In this document: positions 1 through 19,159 of the stretch, piece after piece
Layout of the letters: each line of letters begins with the position of its first letter
Numbering within the stretch: position 1 is the first letter of the stretch
Made by a program: the position numbers and the translations under genes
The notes under the pieces: generated by a model
What the model was told of the DNA's origin: nothing
What the model saw: only the letters and a program-made list of their open reading frames with translations
The model's database searches: none
Source: Trichoplax sp. H2
Lineage: Eukaryota
DNA: 64,000 nt
Direction of reading: 5' to 3'
Assembly (NCBI GenBank): GCA_003344405.1
Contig: NOWV01000013.1
Location: forward strand, 868,001 to 932,000

Positions 1-1234
1 AACTAATTCTTTATATCAGGCCTATAAATGAACTTCATACCCACAATTATTTTGGAACCTTATGTTCATAATTTTATAGAATTCTTATTACTAGAGCTAT
101 AAATTAAATCATATCTTGCAAATTTTTTTAGTTTTATATTCTTAATCTTATATAATTCTTTGTACTACAACTATAAATGAACTCCTGTCTTGAAACTACT
201 TTTAACTTTTTATATTGCTAGTACAATATTATCCTAATTGATATTTATAAACATTACTCGATAGAGAATTTACTAGTGGTCATACAGTACAACACAGTAC
301 TTATTATATGGGAATAGTACATATTGACCAGTCTTTAAATCACTTCAGCTATTCCACAGAGCCATAAGTCTAAAAGGCTCACGACTAATTATTATTTAGA
401 AAGTAAAAATCGACTAATGTAAGCGATAACTGCATCGCTAGAAAAAAATAAATCCTCCATATCCTAATAAATAATATAATAAACCGATATAGTATATACT
501 GTAAAGATAGCCAGTGTCAATAATCCTGTACTGCATACACTATACTCAATGAACGATTATACAATATCTCAAAATGAAAATTAGCCAAGAGAGAGCTTAT
601 ACACTAGCAGAGCAGTAGTGCAAGTTAACTTAGAAATAAAACCTATACTTTATTGTTATTGAAAACTATAGTTTTAATTCAGAACGCAATTTTAAGTTGA
701 ATTACTCATTCACATGAAAGAAGTATGCCCATGTCAGACTCATGTCGTATACTGATATCGTAGATGATGCCAGTAAAGTTATGGCAATACTTTAGCTTAA
801 GTCAATATTAAAATATTATAACGTCATCAAGTTGAGTGTTGCTAACTAAAATCGAACACGATCAGATAGCGACTACGGTAGAATAAAATAAATTTTTGAA
901 CACATGGAACAAATTTTTTTGTACTAAAAGAATAAGAAAATAAATTGCAAGACATTACTCGTAGTTATGGAATAACACATTTTCTCTAGTAAATTCACTA
1001 CAGACATCAATCCAAGTGTAAATATTCATCATGACCTAATATCATGGATATCTAGAAACAATGGCATTATATTTTCCACAAGTTACTATTACGTTGCTAC
1101 AATCACAAGATATGGTCATTAGGCTAAATTGATAGCTGTTCAAGTATCAACTAATATGAATGGCTTGTTGTAGATAGAATGCTATACTGGTACATCTTCC
1201 ATGATTTGATGTTAAAATTAAGGTTGGTTCCTTC

Positions 1235-5658
<4,424 letters not shown>

Positions 5659-7229
5659 GATGGTTACTTTTGGAAACAAGGTAATTGGAGATCGTGATAT
5701 TGCGTGCTAATAATCCAACGTGAGGAGGAAATGAAGATCGAGGAGACAAGGGACGGAATTGCTCAAGAGATTACGTAATTTACCCGTGGTAGTGAGAAAC
5801 ACTCGCTAGCTTTCAAGTTAAATAAATACATAAGAAATCTACCAATTATAATTATGTTCTATTTCGAATGGACTGATCATTATTATTCAACTATCATCAT
5901 CATCATCTAATTATTTATTCACGACCATGTGCAAAATGACTTGTCACCGCTGTTGCTTCTATTGCTGATTTACCAGTGTCGATTCGATTATCCCCGATGG
6001 CTGAGAATGAGTGAAAAGGTGCAACACTATTTTGCACACGATGCTCGTTTACACCGCGATAGAACCGACCGATTAGAATTATGTTTCATCAACCAAGAAA
6101 TAGGATCAGCGATTCTAGACTGGTATTCTGTAGATTAACAAGGTTTAGGATAGCAGTCTATTTAAATCAAAACGAACTATCCATGCTGTCTTCGAGATTG
6201 CTGCAGATACACTCGTATTGTATACCAAGTATGGCCATGTTTAGAGATTAGTAAGATTGTGATCTTACTCACCTCTAAATATTACTTTTATTATCCATCA
6301 TACTACAGAAATTGACAGCAAAGGCGATCCATCTCTTTCTTTCTCTATTTGACTACTTTGCACATATTGGCTGGCTATGATTAATGATGAAGAAATCGAT
6401 TGCAAAAGCTATCGATCCATCATGTTTGTAGATCATCATGAAGGCTTTTCCCTGCAACCTGGATCGTAGAATAAGTAGACTCCATACAGTTATATGCTTT
6501 AAAGTGAGTAGTTTGCGCTGCAATGGAACTGTGGTGTACAAAGTCACCTACTGCTATTGGACTTGCTTTCTACTACAGCGATATCAAGAAAGACTATAGC
6601 AGACGCCTTGAAGAGGTGACATTTCATTTTGCACACAGTATAATCTTGTGTTGCAATACTTAAGTCTAGTTGACGCTTTGAATGGGTGACATTTCATTTT
6701 GCACACAGTACATTCTTGTGCTTCATCGTATGATATTGGCTTTTGCAGTCTAACCTTAACCTCCTATTCTTCCAATCGTTGAGTTGTTAACAAGGTAAGC
6801 GAAAGGTTACTTCAAGCATTAGCTAGTTATTCTAGATCTTCCATTGACCAGCAAGGTAAATTACTGCAGTTCAATTTGGAGATTTAAATCAATTGGTGTT
6901 AAACCACGATAGAAGTGTAAACACCTATCTCAAGCGAATGAATTGAGAGCTGCAGCTTAGTTATGCCATGAATAATGCACAACAATATTCAACCATTTCA
7001 AGTAACATCAGTCTACTGTAGTGCTAGCCAAAATGGCCAATTATGGGGTTATATAGAATGATAGTTGCGTTCGCTTGGATTATATCAAGGCTTATCCATC
7101 AATTGTTTTAAATGCTTCAATAGTCACATTAATAAACCCTCAACTAGGATAGAATAGTATAAAATCATAATTCGATTCATCCCTCGATATACTGCAGGCA
7201 AACGTCAAAAATGGATGCCTTGAAATTGT

Positions 7230-8130
7230 ACCTGCTATCATTAATATTATCAGGTAAATCGGATCATGGATTACCATGAGAAATATTTAATGGTATGCAT
7301 GAGTTTATGTTTACTGATCAGTCGATTTTAAAGTTTCTACTTTAATATGGACAGGATCTAAAAAATGGCATTAATTCATCTCTTAATATTACGGTAGACA
7401 GATATAGAAAGTTAAGCCGTTGAGGGTTGTAACTTGTTATTACCGATAATTATCGGATAGGTCAGATCATGGATTACCGTTATGGTTATTGGCGTTCGAT
7501 ATAATTTGGATTCCTCTTCATCTATCGATCACATGCTATATTTCTATTTTAGTATTGATAAAAATTAGAAAATAAATGGTGATAATAGTTCATCTCTTGA
7601 TATTGTTCTAGACAAATATCGAAAATTTAATATATTGAGAGCTGTAACTATCATCAATATGATCGGGTAAGTTAGATCGTCAGTTAACTATATTATCGCT
7701 ATTCGAATTCAATATTGTGAATTTGCTTTATATTTAGGCCAGACCAGATTCTGGATAGCCTACTCTACATGTATTGATCAGATTTCAAACATTTCATTTT
7801 ATTATCGATAGAATACGCGTACAGTAAATATTGGCATTAATTCATCCCAGGATAATACCATAGATAAACATCGAAATAAATGCGCTAAGAGATGTAGTTT
7901 GCCATTTATCATTATCGGGTAGGTCAGATCAATGATTACTATTATTATTGCGATAAACATTCATTGGTATGGATTCTTCTACGACTCTGAATCAATTAAT
8001 TTAAATGTTTCAGTATTAATACCCATGCAGCTAAAATGTACTTATAATACTAATTCATATCTTGTTATTACTATAGGCAGACACCGAAAAGTTGTGCATT
8101 GAATGCAATGCAATGTCAATACCTCTGCAC
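7230..8130. repeat. Degenerate ~210-bp tandem repeat (~4 units)
   Basis: Recurring ggtcagatcatggattacc...gatcagat...aaaaatggcattaattcatctcttaatatt...gttgagagctgta motifs. Confidence 0.75.
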
Positions 8131-8433
8131 ACCTTGTATCCATGGATAGATATAGTACTTTCAGCTCATTACAATAGCAATAGGAAGAGAAGCACTATGT
8201 GATGCATAATACGTAGTCTATTCAGCTTCATATAGTTTTTCAGTAAGTGGCAGTGTTTTGATTTCGGAGTGAATAAAAAGCAAGATGCACTAGTAGATGA
8301 TGGCTGATCTACAATAATAAAGTCAAACGATACAAGCTGCCATCGTTATGCATATCGTTCCACCATCCGGTTGATAGTTTATTTTTGCTTTACTTTACGC
8401 CTAATTTAGACAAGGATTAAGCAATAAACCTAC

Positions 8434-8570
8434 AGAAAGATTACCGGATTGCCTGATACATTACCGCTCTGCTCGTAATTAATGGTATGGAGATTGGAAA
8501 CTTTTAAGAAACCAATATCATAAGGCTCGATCTCAGGATAGAGATCATCCAATACTTCTGAGCTTATCAT
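8434..8570 (-). CDS. Orphan, intact duplicate of pip coding exon 1 (possible alternative first exon of copy A)
   Basis: 137 nt, the same length and phase as exon 1 of copies A and B. ATG at 8570, MISSEVLDDLYPEIEPYDIGFLKVSNLHTINYEQSGNVSGNPVIF, donor CT|gtaggt. No exons 2-9 lie between it and copy A. Confidence 0.6.
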
Positions 8571-9773
8571 GGTGGATCCTATCACTTAGCAATCGACGTG
8601 ATTACCGGTAGTGGTAACGCTTGCTAGCAATCCAAGAAGAGGAGGAAATTGGAGACTAAGATGGCAAGTGACGAAATTGCTCAAGAGATTACGTAATTTA
8701 CCCGTGGAAGTGAGCAGTACTCGCTAGCTTTCAAGTGAAATAAATAAATAAGGAGTGGAGAACAGATGGACATGTTTCAATATATTATTCTTTATTGTTC
8801 TTCATTAACTATAATTAATTATTCAAGACCTTGTGCAAAATGATTTGTCGCGCCTGTTGTTTTTATTGCTATGGTGTGCTCTGTCTATTCTATTTGCATG
8901 ATGAATGAGGATGAGTTGAAAGGTGTCAGAATATTCTGCACGCAGTGGTAGTTTATACCGCCATAGAACCGATGGATTATACAATATTCGGCAGTATTCA
9001 ATGAACTGAAGAATTGGATCAAGGATTCTACTTTCGAATTCTATGGTTTAACAAGGGTTGGGATAACGATCTATTCGAATAAAAACTAGCTATCCATGCT
9101 GTCCACCACGTTGTTCTGTATAATCAGCAATACTGTATTAATTAATACTAGAATGTCGGAGAAGTCGGATAATGGATTACCGTTTAGTAGTATTTAATAG
9201 TACTGTATACATGCATGAGTCTACGTCGATTTCAATGTTTCCATCTTAATATGGATTGGATCTAAAAATGGCAATAATTCATCCCTTAATATTACTGTAG
9301 AAAAATATTGAAGGTTAATGCCGTGAAGCTGTAGCTAGCCAATAGAATTATAGTAAACTTTAACTCAAATTAATGCTAATATATTGTAATGCAGTCAAGT
9401 TTGTGGAGTATTGCTAATTAAAATTGAATACAATCAGGTAGTGACCAAAGTGGAATAGAATAAACTTTTTCGACTCACCAAACAAGTTTTACTTCTAAAA
9501 GAAGAAAGGAATCAATTTTAACATAATTGCAGATAAAGCATCTTCTCTACGAAACTCCACTATTCAGACTTTAATGCAAGTCTAATAAATATGTACGATG
9601 AAATTAATATCATAAATATATCGCTACTATGTTGATGCAATACTGTTGTACGACCGTTAGGTCGAATTAATAACTATTCAAGTAGCATATAAATTGCTCG
9701 CTACCCATAGTATACTACTAGGGGTCATCTACAATTCTTCATCAATTGATGTAAAACCGTAGCTGTTTCATCT

Positions 9774-11971
<2,198 letters not shown>

Positions 11972-11985
11972 CGTTGATGGTGTAA

Positions 11986-12274
11986 TGTTATATCTGACTC
12001 ACAAGGATTGTGTAGACAGGTTGAGGATGAAGGAAGGAGTTTTCTTGACAGCTTAATTACTGATGGTTACTCCAGCAGTCAGCGGTACAGAAAGAAAGTA
12101 AACCTTTAACCGTGATAATATCGTAATAAGGATAAGACTTCTATATATATATATATATATATATATACAGCATGTATAGCTATAACTCCTAGATATCGTT
12201 GTCTCTGATTGGCTATCATGTTTAGTACAAGATATGATAGTTATAGTAAACCACTTACAGAACGCACTGTCATA
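11986..12274. mobile_element. 289-bp insertion with a 10-bp flanking direct repeat, immediately upstream of the pip copy B start codon
   Basis: gatggtgtaa at 11976-11985 and 12275-12284. The intervening sequence is absent at the homologous position in copies A and C. It contains a (TA)n run. Confidence 0.6.
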
Positions 12275-14604
12275 GATGGTGTAAAGTTAGAAACAAAGCG
12301 ATCGCAGGTGGTGATATTTACTTGCTACCAATCCAAGGTGGCCAGTGTAACGAGGGACTAGTAAGAGAAATAGTCACAAGTCTTTGCTGTGATATTAATT
12401 AAATTAAATAAATAATCAATTATGCTTATAGTATGTTGTATTATAACTATGTCCCTGCTTGGATTGTCTCTTTATCGAGTCAATGAGAGTATTGCATGTC
12501 TTTCTATTAACTTAGTGCACAAATGCACGTACGTGATTTTCTGTGTCTTGAGAACAAAGTTCTTCATTCCCTCTATCATGGACGACTAAAAATGACTAGT
12601 GATATCTAGTAGCCCTTTGCTCTATCTACTTTCGTGGATCTCATTAATCTTACCTAAAGTCAGCTTATTAAATCTCCATAAATACTACCAATCCCCTTAC
12701 TATTACAAGGAGGAAATGGAGATTTACGTATCGAGTGACGAGATTGCTCTCATTGTCATGGTATCCATAGCGGCAGGCACTCGCTAGCTTACAATAAAAA
12801 TAATAAGGGAATATAGAATTCATTAATTTGGAATTATCATCAATTATTCAGTGACGAGATTACTTAAGAGAATATATTATACGTAGTTTTAATTATACTA
12901 ACTATAAAATAACTAGGGACTAAAATGAATTAATTTGAAATTTTCATCAATTATTCGTAAATAGATCAGCTGATACCCTGTACAAAATAGCTTGTCGTTC
13001 TTGTAGCTTCTATTTCTATTATTATAGCGTCTATTCTTGACGAGGATAATTCGAAGAGGTGGCAGAATAGCTGCACACAATGATTAACTATTATTTTAAC
13101 CGCAATAGAATGGATGGATTATATACTCAACAATTGCGTCAGGAATGATATGCTTGTATTCTGTAGTTGAACAAGAGTTGGGAACTTAGGATAACAGTAT
13201 GTTTCAATGCCGTCTATTGTGGCAAAAGCCTTACTAAAATTAATAGAAAATATAGAATTAATTAATTTGGAAAGATCATCAATTAGTCGTTAAAGGATTA
13301 GGTGAAGTCTTGTGCAAAATAACTTGTCCTGCCTGTAGCTTCTAATTCTACTGTTATACTGAGTACTCTTGATGAGGAGGGTGAATCGAAGAGGTGGCGG
13401 AGTATTCTACACACTCTGATTATTTAAACGGCCGTAGAACTGATGGATTATAAAATCAACAATTGTATCTAGAAATTATATGTTTGTGTCCAGTGACTGA
13501 ACAATTGCTAGGAATGTAGAATAGCGGTATATTTTTATTAATGTGGTCTACAGTATTGTGGCAGAGGGGCACTCGCTAGCTTTCATTATACTAACTGTAA
13601 AATAACTAACTCCCTGTTCTTACGCTCACTGGCTAGTTCATAAGATAAACAAGAGGTTGTTTTCAACTTTAGCTAGTCTTTTCTGATCTTCCGTTGATAA
13701 ACAAGGTAAATTGCTGTAGTTCAATTTGGAAATTAGGATCAATTTGTATTCAACCTCGGTAGAACCGCAGTACCGTCCGGTAAATCGTGTCTTAAATAAT
13801 GATAGCTGCTATCAAATAGATTATACCAATGCCTATCCAGCAATCGTTTCAAATGCTTCAATATTAACATTAATAGAGCCTTAACTGGTATAAAATTATA
13901 TAAAATCATGATTTAATTCGTCCTTTGATATACTATAGGAAAACGTCAAAAGTCAAAACCTGAGTGTACCTACTATCATTAATACTAGAAATGTCGGGTA
14001 AGTTGGATCATGGATTACCGTTTATTACCGGTACTATTTTAATACTATACTGTACATGAGTCTACGTCCATCAATCAGTCGATTTCAATGTTTCTATCTT
14101 AATATGGATTGGATCCAAAATGGCATTAATTCATCCTTTAATATTACTGCAGACAGATATCAGAATTTAATACGGTGAAAGCTGCAGCTAGCCAGAAAAG
14201 TTATAGTAATACTTTGACTAAAATTAACTCTAATATATTGTAATGCAGTCAAGTTTGTTGAGTATTGCTAATTAAAATCGAATATAATCAGGTAATGACC
14301 TATGTAGAATGGAATAAACTTTTTCGACACACCAAATAAAATTTTATTACTTATAAAAGAAAGAAATCAATCAAAAAAAAGTTTATTTGCAGAATAAAAC
14401 ATTTTCTTTACTAAATTCCATTGCACAGACGTTAATGCAAGTCTAAATAATCGCGATGAAGTAAATGTCATGAATATTTCACTACTATATTGATGCAACA
14501 TTATTGTAGGGTCATTAGGTCGGATTAATAACTATTCAAGTAGATAGTATATTATACTGGTACATCTTTCATCAATTGATGTTAAAAACGTGGCTGTTTC
14601 CTCT

Positions 14605-17600
14605 CTAAATATTACGAAATTTATCAGTAGCCTCTGTAAGTCTTCCGATTATCCCACGTTCATAGTCATTATGTCCGACATCGGGAACAACATGAAATTT
14701 AGCCTCTGGCCATGCCTAAGGGAACATGCATATGTTAGAATGAAAATGTAGAGTAGAACTACAACTTCTTTGTAGTGAACAAATTAAGAACAGCTCATTT
14801 GTCTATCAAATTTGAACCTTATGCAAATCCCGTGCGGTCTGGATGGGACATATGACATCATATCATCCTTGCACAATGGCACCTGATATATGTCGAATCT
14901 TTTCCACGTTATCCAGAATGTGATTTGTACTCTTAAAATATCCGCCATGAACCATGAAATGGCTTCAATCATAAAAACATACCGGATAGAAAGACAGTCA
15001 CTGTTGAATTAATTTCAATATATAACGTTATGATCGACAATATTAACTAGGCGAAAACTTGATGCACCATTCAATATGGGCTAAAGCGAGGATGAAATGG
15101 TCAATTTCAAAGAGAGCGAGGACTTCTTCGTCTATTAATAGTCTTAATATTGACAATTCCCATTTGCACCATGCACATGTATATCGTATTTCAACCTGTA
15201 TGTTATGCATAGGATATAAACCAAAATGATTTCGTTTTCTACAAACTATCAATATCGCAATGCAGTTACCGCATATAAAGAATTGGTTATAAAATGCTGA
15301 CGTGTAAATAGCAGTTTGGCCTTACCTCTTCGTCATTGCTAGTCAAAGGGTGATAATATGCACCCATCACGTTCTCCACCCTCAACCCTCGTATATCAAA
15401 TTTTATAGTCAATACAAACGATTAAATTAACTTTCTCATCATCATAAAAAATATTGATTTTTGAGAATGAAGAAGTGATTGCTCTGCGAGCTAGTATAGT
15501 TCTATTACCTCAGGTATTGATTCAACAAATTCTTCGAAATAATCTGGAAAGAAATTTGATGCTCCTTCTTGATAAAGCTATGCCAATTCTTTTCTATATT
15601 GAGTAAGAAATTTTCATGTTGTGAGTAGGATTGATCACTAAGTGAAAGGTAATCGCTATATCCGCCACCTTCTAAAGTAAAAATTCCTTTAACAATGAGC
15701 GCTTTAACACGTTCTGGGTATTCTTCAGCTTAGGTCAAAGATAATGTTGATCCCCAACTTCCACCGAAAGTAACCCATTTTTCTATCCCTAGAATAGAAA
15801 ATTCATTTACAATACAATTAAACAAAGTATTGTCTCATTCCATAGCTACCCAAAGTTTCTTAACAGCTGTTTCTTCACCAAGTTAGTCATAAATTACAAC
15901 TTGTCATAAACGAACCTAAATGCTCTCGTAGGGTTTCAATATCTTCGACAAGAGTCCAAGTGTTATTGTCCTAATTGAGAATGTAATTCATATTTAAATC
16001 ATTCTCATGATAAATTCTAAATCTACTGAGTAATATCCTTGCAATCAATTTCGGGATGAATTCTGTATTCCGTCAAGTTGAGTAAGTAATAAATTTATAT
16101 CTTACTTGTAGTTCAGCGAAAGGTGTTGATTTTCCATTACCTCGCTGATCCATCATAATAATTCTATAGCTCTTTGAATCAAAATAGCGACGATCATGTT
16201 CAGAAGTTCCAGCTCCAGGGCCCCATGTCTAACATTAATCAGTAAAAGGTAGAATAGTTTATTATGCAAATATTACAATCTATCAAAATCATTTACGTCT
16301 ACTGTATATCTTCCTAGCTACTTTATACTAGCATTTATAGAAATGACCTGGAGACAAAAACGGCCAGTACAATTGATATGGCAACAATTTATTCACACAA
16401 TTTCAATTTTAATTCATTTTCCACGATTAAAACGATAGTGTGATAGCTACGAATCCAATATACAAACGACTAGGGAAATATGGCTCTTATGATGAGTAAA
16501 TCCAATACCTTTTTGATGCATCCGTACTTTTCCAGGATTGATTATACTGCTCACGTAAAGAATAATTTACTGGCAATGAGACTAGCATCGTATACAGTAT
16601 AAGTTAGACGAAGTATGGCCACGGCAACTGTATTTGATATCATGTTGTATAATTTACCAGTCGTCAATCGAGTTATTCTAAACACTGCAGAATTGGATTT
16701 ATAGTAATTGGGTATATGCAGTAAATTAAAGGATCACACTGGTCAACTAAATCTTAATGGATTACTGCATTATTGCAAAGTATAATTTTGTCAAGTACCA
16801 GTATCTTTATTTTAGAAATGATTGTAATGATTAATGCAATCCAATTCTTATCAGTAGGGTTCTTCTACCACTACTATCAATTTCATCAGAGAGATTTAAA
16901 ATATTGTATTAGATGGGAATGTGTCCTTTTTCCTCAACTACTGTAGCTGACTAAATGTCAAGATTGGACATTTAGCTCGTTACTTTATTGCAATTCTATT
17001 GGGAGATTTATGTAAAGCAATAGCAGGAATTGTCTCTCTACAACTACTGATTAAGTATTCGGATTGGACTTTTTGATTTTATACTTTATTTTAGTATTAT
17101 CAGAGTAATCTCCCTAATATAATCTAGTAAAATGTGTCTGTATCCATTTTCTTTTCTCATCATCTACTAATTTGATATCAAGACTGAATTTTGATTTCTT
17201 TATTGCAGTTCTCTTAGAGAGATTTACTCAATGCATTAGAAGGAAATATGTCTATTTTCCCCTCAACTAACACTTATTCGATGTCAAGATTTACATTTTA
17301 AAGCTTCTTATTTCGTTGAGATTCGATCAGAGATTAAAATATTGTATCTTAGAAAGAAATGGCTCATTTTCTCTAAATAATACGTTACTGATTCAATACT
17401 AGGGTTGAATTTTCTAGCTTCTCACTTTACTGTAGTTTAATCAGCGAGATCTATTCATTGCATAAGAAAGAAATACCTCTACTTTCCCCCCTTTACTAGT
17501 ACTGATTCGATGTCCCGATGCCCTAACAGTTGCTAACGTAGCAAATAGTAAACATTACTTTAGAGCAACAATTTGTAAAAAATAATTCATCAGATGTGAT

Positions 17601-17855
17601 TTAAATTAGTCTAATTCCTTATATAATATGCTAACAATGCTCCAATCATCACTACTGCCAATCCATCATACACAATTATGGCTAGTTTAAAGAATGGTAA
17701 AGCATTCTTAACCTATAGAAAGATCACCGGATTGCCTGATGCATTGCCACACTGTTCGTAATAAATAGTATGAAGATCGGAGACTTTTAAGAAATCAGAG
17801 TCATAAGGCTCAATGTCAGGATAGAGGTCTGGTAATGCTTGTTACTTTGTACCAT
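14605..17855 (-). pseudogene. pip: Proline iminopeptidase copy C, pseudogene
   Basis: Same exon layout but multiply disabled relative to copy B: 2-nt insertion just after the ATG, exon-1 donor GT>AT (17715-17716), 1-nt deletions in exon 2 (~16222) and exon 4 (~15674), extra base and shifted acceptor in exon 6 (~15370-15389), and in-frame TGA at 14863-14865 replacing the Arg of GRYD. Confidence 0.92.
16880..17520. repeat. Same ~117-bp repeat family (~5-6 units) in intron 1 of pip copy C
   Basis: catcagagagattta / ttagaaggaaat / gatgtcaagatt motifs recur at similar spacing. Confidence 0.8.
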
Positions 17856-19159
17856 CGTTGATGGTACAAAGTTAGAAACAAAGCAATCTCAGGTAGTAAT
17901 ATTACTTGCTACCAATCCAAGATGAGGAGGAAGAAATGGAGATTTAGGTACCTAGTCACCAAATTGCTCGAGAGATTACGTTATACATTACTAATAGCAG
18001 AATAACTATGCTAGGGAATAGAATTAATTAATTTGGAATTATCATGAATTATTCATAAATACTATAGATCAGGCGATATCCTGTGCAAAATAACTTGTGG
18101 CTGTAGCTTTTATTTCTGGTGTTACACTGTCTATTCTATTCTTGATAAGGATGAATTGAAGAAGTAGCAGAATATCTTGCATACCGTGATTATTTAAACA
18201 GCAATAGAACTAATGGCTTATTTACTCAACAATAACGCGTCAGGGATGATATGCTCGCATTTTATGGTTAAATAAGGGGTTAAGGACTTCGGATAACGGT
18301 CTATATTAATACACTCCTCTATCAGTAATCGATACTGTCCTTGAAATAATTCTAGAAAGGGACAGTAAAAGCGATCATTCTCTTTCTTTTTTGGCTACTT
18401 TGGACAGGTCTACTAGCGATCCATAACGTAGAAATGGATAGCAAAAGTCATCATCAATCCATCATAATTGCGATACTTGTAAGCTATCTTGGAGGCCTGT
18501 ACTATTTTTACTCTAGTAAATAGAATAGTATTATTTTCTATACAATTTTGTGCTTTAGAAGGAATGGTTTGGGCTACAATTGATCTGCTGTGTGCAAAAT
18601 GAGCTGCCACCCCATTTGACTTCCTCGCCTAGCTTAGCCCTATTATCAGTCCTATGAATGACCCCGAAACAAGTGACATTCCATTTTGCACGCTATACTA
18701 TACTGTATTCCCTCAATGGTAGAAAGGAAGGCTGTAGCTTATATAGTCTAACTGATTAACTTCTATTCTTCCACTCACTGGCTAGTTTATAAGGTAAACA
18801 AGAGGTTGTCATCAATTTTAGCTAGTCTTTCCCGATCTTCCATTGATGAGCAAGGTAAATTACTGTAGTTCAATTGGAATCGATTTATATTCGACCTTGA
18901 TAGAACCGCAAACAGCTATCTCAAAGTAAATGCGTTGAGAACTGGAACTTCTTAATATCAACACTGTCCGGTAAGTCATGTCATAAATAATGAGGATTGC
19001 GATCGCATTGATTATATCATCGGCTATCCATTAATCATTTCAAATGCTTCAATATTAGCATTAATAGAGCCTCAACTGAGATAGAGTGGTATGAAATTAT
19101 GATTTAATTCGTCCCTTGATTACTGTAGCTAAACGTCGAAAATTAAGGCAGTAACAGTG

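Noticed and set aside
6353..6547. ORF loosely similar to 18413-18610 (DG..FAI.F..)
   Set aside because: The similarity is explained by the segmental duplication, and stops and frames are not conserved between the copies.
14863..14865. In-frame TGA in pip copy C as selenocysteine or readthrough
   Set aside because: It replaces a conserved Arg (CGN>TGA), and the copy has several independent frameshifts and a lost splice donor.
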